DNA of 64,000 bases. Origin: Candidatus Vogelbacteria bacterium RIFOXYB1_FULL_42_16. Lineage in GTDB: Bacteria; Patescibacteriota; Minisyncoccia; Phycocordibacterales; XYD1-FULL-46-19. The position numbers and the translations under genes were made by a program. How positions within the stretch are numbered: the stretch's first letter is position 1; the number at the start of each line of letters is the position of its first letter. Below, one piece after another: positions 56,870-64,000 of this stretch. A model generated the notes under the pieces. The model was not told the DNA's origin and made no database searches. It saw nothing but the letters and a program-made list of their open reading frames with translations. The DNA lies in the NCBI GenBank assembly GCA_001823055.1, contig MHTH01000005.1:34667-98666 (forward strand), in the 5' to 3' direction.

Positions 56870-57475
56870 ATGAAGAATTTACTCAAATTTGTCGCTGTTT
56901 CAGCTTTGGTTGTAGTGATTGGTTCCTCTGTCGCTTATGCGGCGATGACGGCCACTATTACTTCACCAACGGCTGGTGCTGTCTACAATGTTGGTCAAAC
57001 TGTTAACTTGGGTGCCAATAGCACTGATGCTACCGGTGCGGTCAACTATGTTTGGTCATTTAGCGATGGCACGGCCAGTATTACTGGTCAGAACCAATCC
57101 GTGACTTTTGCTACTGCTGGTAGTAAGACTATCACTTTATTGGCTGGCGATGCTTCTGGCGTCAATGATACCAAGACGGTGGATGTCACTGTTAACGATG
57201 TCACTACCGCTTTGGCGATTTCCAATGTTCGCGTGACCGACATCACCACCAACAGCGCGATCGTTCGTTGGACCACCAATCGGATCTCGAATAGTCGGGT
57301 CATCTTTGACACGACTTCTCATGCCAGTATCGCTGGCGCGACCGCTCCGAATTATGGTTATGCCAATTCGACCGGTACTAGCGATGTTGACACCAAAGTC
57401 GTCGAACATGCTGTCACTGTCACCGGTTTGTCAGCCAATACTCAATATTACTTCCGAGTAATCTCGGCCGAGTAA
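56870..57475 (+). CDS. Secreted protein with PKD-like and FN3-like domains
   Basis: Signal peptide (AYA); YVWSFSDG; IVRWTTN..VTGLSANTQYYFRV. Confidence 0.82.
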   Translation: MKNLLKFVAVSALVVVIGSSVAYAAMTATITSPTAGAVYNVGQTVNLGANSTDATGAVNYVWSFSDGTASITGQNQSVTFATAGSKTITLLAGDASGVNDTKTVDVTVNDVTTALAISNVRVTDITTNSAIVRWTTNRISNSRVIFDTTSHASIAGATAPNYGYANSTGTSDVDTKVVEHAVTVTGLSANTQYYFRVISAE

Positions 57476-57510
57476 TAATAAAAGATAAAAACGACTGGGT
57501 TTAACTGAAA

Positions 57511-57549
57511 AAATACCCCTGCCCTCTTGAAAGAGGTCAGGGGTATTTT
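57511..57549 (+). terminator. Intrinsic terminator
   Basis: AAATACCCCT..AGGGGTATTT. Confidence 0.7.
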
Positions 57550-57583
57550 GCTTGAAAATATTTTCTCGGTTATGCTTAACTGT

Positions 57584-57670
57584 ATGAGTAATACCCTGAT
57601 TCTAATTTTAGCTTTTTTATTTCTGGCTTTTATTATCCTGACCCAATTTGTATTTGTCTATCAATACTAA
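57584..57670 (+). CDS. 28-aa single-TM peptide upstream of murB
   Basis: MSNTLILILAFLFLAFIILTQFVFVYQY. TTGCTT-N17-TATGCT ends 7 nt before the ATG. Stop is 1 nt before the murB ATG. Confidence 0.5.
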   Translation: MSNTLILILAFLFLAFIILTQFVFVYQY

Positions 57671-57671
57671 G

Positions 57672-58628
57672 ATGAGCCAGATGACTCTTGATAAAATTTT
57701 ACCCCAAATAAAAAAGAGGGTTTGTTTAGCGGAAAAAACCTATTTTCAATTGGGTGGTCCAGCTCGCTATTTTTTGGAAACGAACAATGTTAAAGAATTA
57801 ATTGAAGCTGTCAAAACCGCTAAACATCTAAAAATTCCAGCATTAGTCCTAGGTGGGGGCAGTAATGTCGCGGTAGCTGATCGAGGTTGGTCCGGCTTGG
57901 TCGTCAAATTTCATCGTCAAAAACCACGAGCTAAAACTTGCCAGCTAGTTGGTCGCGAATTCATTTGTGAAGCTAGCGCTCCCTTGGCCTATTTAGTCAG
58001 GCAATCGATTCGTCGCCATTTGGCTGGCTTGGAAAAATTAGCTGGTATTCCCGGTTGTGTCAGTGGAGCGCTGGTGGGGAATGCTGGCGCTTATGGCGTA
58101 GCGATCAGCGATCATTTGGCTTGGGTGGAAATCTTTGACGGTCAAAAAATCCGCCGAGTCGATCGAACCGCTTGTCATTTTGGTTATCGCGATAGCATTT
58201 TTAAACATCGACCGTGGGTGGTGCTTCGAGCTGGTTTTATTTTGCCAAAAGGTGACCAGAAAATTTTATTAGCCGAGGCCAGAAAAATTATTAAAATTAG
58301 AGCCGGTAAATATCCGGTCGACTTGAAATGCCCGGGCAGTTTTTTTAAAAATATCCCTGTCCAAAAATTAACAAAAAAAGTTTTAGCCCAAATTGATCAA
58401 GCCAAAATTATCGAAGGCAAATTGCCGGTCGCTTTTTTACTTGAATCAGTCGGGGCCAAAGGTGAGCGAGTGGGTGATATGGCGGTGTCGGATTTCCATG
58501 CCAATTTTATTCTCAACCTTGGTCGGGGTAAATTTTCTGATCTAAAAAAACTTGTCGCTAAACTAAAAGTAAAAGTCAAAAAAAAATTTGGCATTGTCTT
58601 GGCAGAAGAGGTGAGGTATATTGGTTGA
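57672..58628 (+). CDS. murB: UDP-N-acetylenolpyruvoylglucosamine reductase
   Basis: GGPARY, LGGGSN, AGIPG, GNAGAYG, FGYRDSIF, GSFFKN, HANFILN, EEV. Confidence 0.96.
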   Translation: MSQMTLDKILPQIKKRVCLAEKTYFQLGGPARYFLETNNVKELIEAVKTAKHLKIPALVLGGGSNVAVADRGWSGLVVKFHRQKPRAKTCQLVGREFICEASAPLAYLVRQSIRRHLAGLEKLAGIPGCVSGALVGNAGAYGVAISDHLAWVEIFDGQKIRRVDRTACHFGYRDSIFKHRPWVVLRAGFILPKGDQKILLAEARKIIKIRAGKYPVDLKCPGSFFKNIPVQKLTKKVLAQIDQAKIIEGKLPVAFLLESVGAKGERVGDMAVSDFHANFILNLGRGKFSDLKKLVAKLKVKVKKKFGIVLAEEVRYIG

Positions 58629-58631
58629 AAG

Positions 58632-59081
58632 ATGGAAAACTTGGAACAAAAATCTTGGGAAGATCCCGACAAGGATACAATAGAAAAGTTGATGGCTAAA
58701 GATCAACAAAATACCAAAGATAGTTTGGCGCAGATTGAAAGTGCGGTCGTAGCTGGCAAAGCAGTGGAGATCCCCAGTGACGAGGCGGAGGAATTAATCA
58801 ATACTTATCGCCGTCATGTTATGTCGGGTCAGACCGTTAAAAAATATCAAGTCATGGCCGATTTTTTAAATAAACTCAAAGAGCAAGCGCCTCTTATCGT
58901 TTACTCCCTTCTTTATCATCGTCTGATTTACAGCACACCACCGGCCGAAGTGACAAAGTTTATTGATGTAGTGGCGGATGGCCAAGTAATCAAGGAGTCA
59001 ATGGTGGATTTTATGAAAAAACAAATTACCGAAATCGATGAAGAGACCGAAACCGTTCAAAAAACTTCACCACAAATTTAG
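58632..59081 (+). CDS. Hypothetical protein
   Basis: 149-aa ORF starting 3 nt after the murB stop. Confidence 0.65.
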   Translation: MENLEQKSWEDPDKDTIEKLMAKDQQNTKDSLAQIESAVVAGKAVEIPSDEAEELINTYRRHVMSGQTVKKYQVMADFLNKLKEQAPLIVYSLLYHRLIYSTPPAEVTKFIDVVADGQVIKESMVDFMKKQITEIDEETETVQKTSPQI

Positions 59082-59146
59082 TTTTATTCAATCTTTACTA
59101 AGCATCATTTTTGTTTTTAGCTTAGAGTAGAAAGGAGGTGGTCGTG

Positions 59147-59464
59147 ATGTCAAAAGACTTGCGGGAACTGTGTTTGATTGGTAGCCGTTGGCCGGTGGTC
59201 TGGCCTCCATTTGCTAGCCGTCTCGTCAAAGTCCATCGATCAATCGAAATGTGTTGCTGGGGTGGCGCTTGTTCGGTGCCATTTTGGTACGATCTGCCGG
59301 CTGGTATCCACGAGTTGGAATTGGTCCATAGCCAAATTCATCCGGAAGAGTCTTGGTATGTCGTTGAATTGTTTCCGGACTTTCGGTTGGGTTGCACTGT
59401 GGATGCTTGGGAGATCATCTTTTTGGCTTCGGGCTGGGTAACGCCCTTAGCAACCTCAAATTGA
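59147..59464 (+). CDS. Hypothetical protein
   Basis: AAAGGAGG upstream of ATG 59147; terminator-like hairpin 59464-59499 downstream. Confidence 0.5.
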   Translation: MSKDLRELCLIGSRWPVVWPPFASRLVKVHRSIEMCCWGGACSVPFWYDLPAGIHELELVHSQIHPEESWYVVELFPDFRLGCTVDAWEIIFLASGWVTPLATSN

Positions 59465-59541
59465 AGGCCGGAACGTTTTTTACCACGTGCCGGCCTTTTC
59501 CTTTGCGATTTTAATGTTAGAATAGCTCTACACTAAGTTTC

Positions 59542-59681
59542 TTTGAATTACCAAACTCTTTATCGCCAGCAAACTTTTTAGGGTACGGATTTTTCGAAGC
59601 TTGAAAAATCCTGAAGTTTTCGCGCCGTCGCGCTCAAAACCCCCAAAAAAGTTTCTGCCTCAACGAGTTTAGTAATTCAAA
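59542..59681. repeat. 140-bp multi-stem inverted-repeat element upstream of gatB
   Basis: TTTGAATTACCAAACTC/GAGTTTAGTAATTCAAA enclosing three further stems. Confidence 0.75.
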
Positions 59682-59712
59682 ATAGATTTATTTTAAATGA
59701 TGTAAATTATTT

Positions 59713-61140
59713 ATGAATACAAATGGCTATCAATTGACTGTTGGTTTGGAAATTCACGTCGAGCTTAAAACCAAGACTAAAATGTTTTGTCGGTGTTTAA
59801 ACGACTCAACAGAAAAAAGACCAAATGTGAACATCTGTCCGGTGTGTACCGCTCAACCGGGGGCGCTACCGGTTATCAACAAAGAGGCGGTTCGTCAAGT
59901 TTTGCGGGTCGGGGTGGCGGTCGGTGGCGATTTGGCCGATTTTACCGAATTTGATCGCAAAAATTATTTTTATCCCGATATTCCCAAAGGTTATCAGATT
60001 AGTCAGTATCAATATCCGTTGGTGACTGGTGGTAATTTAAGTGGAGTAAAAATTACTCGCGTTCATTTGGAAGAAGACACTGCCAAGTCTTTTCATGAAG
60101 CTGGGCGAAAAGAAAGTCTAGTCGATTTCAATCGTTCTTCTTTGCCATTAATGGAGCTAGTGACCGAGCCGGTGATTCATGATGCCAAGACGGCTGGTAA
60201 TTTTGCCAAAGAATTGCAATTGTTGTTGCGCTATTTAGGCGCGTCCGAAGCCAATATGGAACAGGGTCAAATGCGAGTCGAGGCCAATATCTCGGTCTCG
60301 AAGGATCCAGCTAAATTAGGAACCAAAGTCGAAGTCAAAAATCTCAATTCTTTTCGCTCGGTGGAGAAGGCGATTGAATTTGAGATGAAGCGTCAGATCG
60401 AGGCTTTGGAAAAGGGTGAGGAGATTGTCCAAGAAACATGTGGTTGGGATGAAAACAAGCAAGTGACATTTAGTCAACGCAAGAAAGAGTCATCACACGA
60501 TTATCGTTATTTTCCCGATCCGGATTTGCCAAAATTATTCATTGGTCAATTACCGGAATTGACCAAGGCTGAATTGGAAAAAACTTTGCCGGAACTGCCT
60601 TGGCAGAGGCGCGAACGCTTGATCAGTGTTTTTGGTCTCAAAAGCGAAGATGTCGAAATGTACGTGGCCGACGATGAACTCGGCGCCTTTATCGAGGAAG
60701 TCGCTAAAAATTTGAGTGATGACAAGGTTTTGGTTCAACTCGCTTCCAATTACCTAACTTCTGATGTGGCTGGTAAACGTAAGACTGGCGAGCTGAAGCT
60801 ATTGCCACCGGCAACTGATTTTGCCGATTTGATTAAAATGGTCAGTGCACAAGAAGTATCTTCGCGTGGCGCCAAAGATATTTTGTTGGTGATGGTAACC
60901 GAGGGTGGCGCACCAAAAACGATTGCTGAAATCAAAGGCCTGTTTCAAATTCATGATGAAGGAGCCGTGGCCAAGGTGGTGGATGAAGTCATCGCTGAAT
61001 TTGGTACCGTTTTTGCCGAATATCAAAATGGCAAAGAAGCCTCGCTCCAATTCTTGATTGGCCAAGGGATGAAAAAAGGTCAGGGGGCGACCAATCCGGA
61101 AACTCTTAAAAAATTGTTTATAGAAAGAGCAAAAAAGTAG
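59713..61140 (+). CDS. gatB: Asp/Glu-tRNA amidotransferase subunit B
   Basis: GLEIHVEL, FDRKNYFYPDIPKGYQISQ, HLEED, KVEVKNLNSF, DYRYFPDPDL. Confidence 0.98.
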   Translation: MNTNGYQLTVGLEIHVELKTKTKMFCRCLNDSTEKRPNVNICPVCTAQPGALPVINKEAVRQVLRVGVAVGGDLADFTEFDRKNYFYPDIPKGYQISQYQYPLVTGGNLSGVKITRVHLEEDTAKSFHEAGRKESLVDFNRSSLPLMELVTEPVIHDAKTAGNFAKELQLLLRYLGASEANMEQGQMRVEANISVSKDPAKLGTKVEVKNLNSFRSVEKAIEFEMKRQIEALEKGEEIVQETCGWDENKQVTFSQRKKESSHDYRYFPDPDLPKLFIGQLPELTKAELEKTLPELPWQRRERLISVFGLKSEDVEMYVADDELGAFIEEVAKNLSDDKVLVQLASNYLTSDVAGKRKTGELKLLPPATDFADLIKMVSAQEVSSRGAKDILLVMVTEGGAPKTIAEIKGLFQIHDEGAVAKVVDEVIAEFGTVFAEYQNGKEASLQFLIGQGMKKGQGATNPETLKKLFIERAKK

Positions 61141-61147
61141 GCGTTTT

Positions 61148-61186
61148 GAAACACCCCCAATGCCAGTTTGGCATTGGGGGTGTTTC
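61148..61186 (+). terminator. Terminator hairpin after gatB
   Basis: 18-bp stem GAAACACCCCCAATGCCA/TGGCATTGGGGGTGTTTC. Confidence 0.75.
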
Positions 61187-61232
61187 TTGTTAAAATCAAG
61201 ATAGTTAAAATTTTAATTTAGAAATAATTTTT

Positions 61233-62246
61233 ATGGTCAAAGTAGCAATTAATGGTTTGGGACGAATCGGCCGGGCGTTTTTAAAAGTGGCGACAGACAA
61301 TCCGCAGATTGAAATCGTCGCGGTCAATGATTTGGGTGATTTGGACAATTTAGCCTATCTTCTAAAATACGACAGCGCTTATGGTAAATGGTCGCATGAG
61401 GTCAAGGCGGAAAATGGCCAGATGGTGATCGATGGCAAAGCCATTCGTTTTTGTCAGGAAAAAGATCCAGCCAATTTGCCATGGAAAGAATTGTCAGTGG
61501 ATGTGGTGGTGGAGTCGACTGGTGTTTTTGAAACTTTTGCTAAAGCCAAAGCACATATTGATGCCGGCGCCCGCAAGGCTGTCATCTCCGCACCGGTCAA
61601 AGATGCACCGATTGCCGACACACCCAGTGGCACTTTTTTACTGGGGATCAATGACGAGACTTTATCAAACCAGATTCTAACTTCCAATGGTTCTTGCACG
61701 ACCAACTGTGCTGCGCCGGTGATTAAAATTTTAGACGAAGCCATTGGGATCGAAAAAGCGCTCCTCAATACCACTCATGGCTATACTGCAACGCAAAAGC
61801 TGGTGGATGTCGCTGACGCTAAAGATTGGCGGCGGGGTCGAGCGGGAGCAGTCAACTTGATTCCTTCGACTACGGGAGCGGCCATCGCCGTTGGTCAAGT
61901 GATTCCAGCGATGCAGGGTAAATTTGATGGCATCGCCGTGCGCGTACCGGTCATTACCGGCTCGATGATTGATGTCACTTTTATTGCCAAACGGGATACA
62001 ACGGTGGAGGAGGTTAATGAAGCGCTGGCCAAAGCGGCGCAGGATCCGCGTTGGCAAAAAACTTTTACGGTTACCAAAGAAGCTCTCGTCTCGTCCGATA
62101 TTTTGGGCGACTCGCATGCTTCGATTGCCGATTTGAGCTACACCAAAGTCGTCGGTGGCAATTTAGTCAAAGTCATGGCGTGGTACGACAACGAAATGGG
62201 ATACACCCACTCGTTGGTCGAACATGTGATTAAATTAGCATCATAA
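61233..62246 (+). CDS. gap: Glyceraldehyde-3-phosphate dehydrogenase type I
   Basis: INGLGRIGR; SNGSCTTNC; STTGAA; WYDNE. Confidence 0.98.
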   Translation: MVKVAINGLGRIGRAFLKVATDNPQIEIVAVNDLGDLDNLAYLLKYDSAYGKWSHEVKAENGQMVIDGKAIRFCQEKDPANLPWKELSVDVVVESTGVFETFAKAKAHIDAGARKAVISAPVKDAPIADTPSGTFLLGINDETLSNQILTSNGSCTTNCAAPVIKILDEAIGIEKALLNTTHGYTATQKLVDVADAKDWRRGRAGAVNLIPSTTGAAIAVGQVIPAMQGKFDGIAVRVPVITGSMIDVTFIAKRDTTVEEVNEALAKAAQDPRWQKTFTVTKEALVSSDILGDSHASIADLSYTKVVGGNLVKVMAWYDNEMGYTHSLVEHVIKLAS

Positions 62247-62258
62247 ATTTTAAACGGG

Positions 62259-62726
62259 ATGAGAATTTTTTTAGGCACAGATCATGCCGGGTTTGAATTA
62301 AAAAATAAACTGAAAATTTATTTACGTGAACTTGGCTATGAAGTCAACGACGAGGGGGCTTTTAATTTGGACCCGGAGGATGATTATCCCGATTTTGTCG
62401 ATATTGTCGCCAAGCAGGTCCAAAGCGATCCAGCCAATCATCGGGGTATAGTTTTGGGCGCTTCTGGTCAAGGTGAAGCCATGATGGCCAATCGCCACGC
62501 TAAAGTCCGAGCCACGGTTTATTGCATGTCCAATCTCGATATTATTAAAATGTCTCGCTTACACAACGACGCCAATGTTTTGTCGCTCGGGGCGCGTTAT
62601 TTGACCGAGGCCGATGCCAAGGAAGCGGTGCGAGTCTGGTTGTCGACCGAATTTTCCGGTGAAGCTCGACATATCCGTCGTTTGCGTAAATTGGATGGCG
62701 AGATAAGTAGTGAGTTAAGTTTCTAA
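62259..62726 (+). CDS. rpiB: Ribose-5-phosphate isomerase B
   Basis: DHAGFELK, DDYPD, GASGQGE, HNDANVLSLG, RHIRR. Confidence 0.95.
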   Translation: MRIFLGTDHAGFELKNKLKIYLRELGYEVNDEGAFNLDPEDDYPDFVDIVAKQVQSDPANHRGIVLGASGQGEAMMANRHAKVRATVYCMSNLDIIKMSRLHNDANVLSLGARYLTEADAKEAVRVWLSTEFSGEARHIRRLRKLDGEISSELSF

Positions 62727-62752
62727 CCTGTCCTGTTAAAAATCACAAAAAA

Positions 62753-63388
62753 ATGAGTATAGAAATTATCCCTTCAATCGTCAGCCCTAATTTTTCTGAT
62801 TTGCAGAAGAAAATTAAATTATTGGCTGGACAGGTGGAGTGGGTGGAAATCGATGTGGCCGATGGCGTTTTTGCTACCAATCAAACTTTTCAAGAACCGG
62901 CCTTGTTAAACGAACTAGACGATCAGACTAAAATCTCGGTGCATTTGATGGTGGAAATACCAGAGACGGTCATCGAAGAATGGCTACCAGTAGCTGATCG
63001 CTTGGTGGTGCATTTGGAATCAACAGAAAATTTGGCTGATATTTTAGCTAAATACCAGAAAAACCATCAAGAAATCGTCGTGGCGCTAAATTTAGAAACG
63101 CCGGTGGAAAAAATCGCGCCCTTTGTCAAAGAAATAAAAACTGTGCAATTGATGAGTATTAAGCGTCTTGGTTTTCAGGGTGAAGATTTTTGTCCGGAAG
63201 TGTTAGAAAAAATAAAAGCGGTAAAAACTAACTGGCCGAATTTGAAAGTGGTAGTCGATGGGGGAGTAAATTTAACTAACGCCAAAGAATTAACTCAAGC
63301 CGGCGCCGATGCTTTAGTGATAGGCTCTGCGATCTGGGTAAACAAAGAACCGTTAGTAGTCTTAAAAGAATTACAGAAAATTGCTTAG
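62753..63388 (+). CDS. rpe: Ribulose-phosphate 3-epimerase
   Basis: IDVADGVF, VHLMV, QLMS, VDGGVN, GSAI. Confidence 0.93.
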   Translation: MSIEIIPSIVSPNFSDLQKKIKLLAGQVEWVEIDVADGVFATNQTFQEPALLNELDDQTKISVHLMVEIPETVIEEWLPVADRLVVHLESTENLADILAKYQKNHQEIVVALNLETPVEKIAPFVKEIKTVQLMSIKRLGFQGEDFCPEVLEKIKAVKTNWPNLKVVVDGGVNLTNAKELTQAGADALVIGSAIWVNKEPLVVLKELQKIA

Positions 63389-63431
63389 CTCAGTTTTGCG
63401 CGTTGATATTTTATTGCACGGATAGTCGAAT

Positions 63432-63517
63432 AAATTTGTCAAAAAAACTTTCTTAATTTCAAAATGGGTGGGCTTGGACCTGGGTTTTGAAATTAAGAAA
63501 GTTTTTTTGACAAATTT
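63432..63517. repeat. 33-bp perfect inverted repeat with 20-nt G-rich spacer
   Basis: Arms at 63432-63464 and 63485-63517. Confidence 0.92.
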
Positions 63518-63570
63518 TGTTTGTGAGTTTTTCATATTCTCATTAGTATTTTTGAGGTATAATTAAGTGG

Positions 63571-64000
63571 ATGTTAAATGATGGTAAAATAAAATTGTTA
63601 GAAGAAAAAGCGCGGGCGATTCGCCGTCTGGTGATTAATATGCTCGTCGAAGCGCGTTCGGGTCACACCGCTAGTCCTTTAGGCACAGCGGATATTTTGG
63701 CTCTACTTTATTTTCATACCTTAAAACATGATCCGAAACGACCAGACTGGAATGAGCGTGATATTTTTGTTTTATCCAGTGGTCACATTTGTCCAGTCCT
63801 TTATGCTGCCATGTCGCTGGCTGGCTATTTGCCGGAAAAAGAACTTTCCACTTTACGTCGCTTCGGTTCGCGTCTGCAAGGACATCCGCATCGGGAGTGG
63901 TTGCCGGGGCTCGAGACCTCTTCTGGTCCGCTCGGTTCCGGTTTAGCCCAGGCGGTGGGCATGGCTTTGGGTCTGCGTTTGGATAATCTACACACCAGTC
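63571..64000 (+). CDS. tkt: Transketolase N-terminal subunit (3'-truncated by window edge)
   Basis: Not in the ORF track. Translates as ..ARSGHTASPLG..RDIFVLSSGH..LQGHP..SSGPLGSGL. Confidence 0.93.
   Translation, partial: MLNDGKIKLLEEKARAIRRLVINMLVEARSGHTASPLGTADILALLYFHTLKHDPKRPDWNERDIFVLSSGHICPVLYAAMSLAGYLPEKELSTLRRFGSRLQGHPHREWLPGLETSSGPLGSGLAQAVGMALGLRLDNLHTS

Noticed and set aside
62251-62740. TAAACGGGATGAG before rpiB and TCCTGTTAA after it, as a third copy of the start-codon element
   Set aside because: Only short half-sites in the wrong relative order; at most a remnant.

Overview
Bacterial chromosomal segment, almost entirely + strand, with the gene repertoire and style of a Patescibacteria/CPR (Parcubacteria-like) genome; the taxonomy is inferred. 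The genetic code is standard (TGA is used as stop). From left to right: (1) 5'-truncated murC carrying three in-frame palindromic inserts. (2) A complete diversity-generating retroelement (DGR): target gene with VR 3291-3419, TR 3737-3865 (23 differences, all at TR adenines), an antisense avd and an RT. The 5' ends of avd and RT overlap on an (AG)7 tract whose length appears to set the frame of both genes. (3) A DUF4015 glycoside hydrolase and a TrwB/TraD-like ATPase. (4) A ~41 kb surface-glycan island (8.7-50.3 kb) with many glycosyltransferases, gmd-colD-colC, VTC/DUF4956/CotH, neuA/neuB/kdsC-like genes, a B12 radical SAM enzyme, a flippase and an O-antigen-ligase/OTase-TPR protein. (5) An intergenic region with two mutually complementary candidate small RNAs and a 20-aa Lys-rich ORF. 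(6) secA, secreted/surface proteins, murB, gatB, gap, rpiB, rpe and a 3'-truncated transketolase. Several families of short palindromic elements are scattered through genes and intergenic DNA. No rRNA, tRNA, CRISPR array or transposase was recognised. All calls come from reading the sequence; no searches were run.
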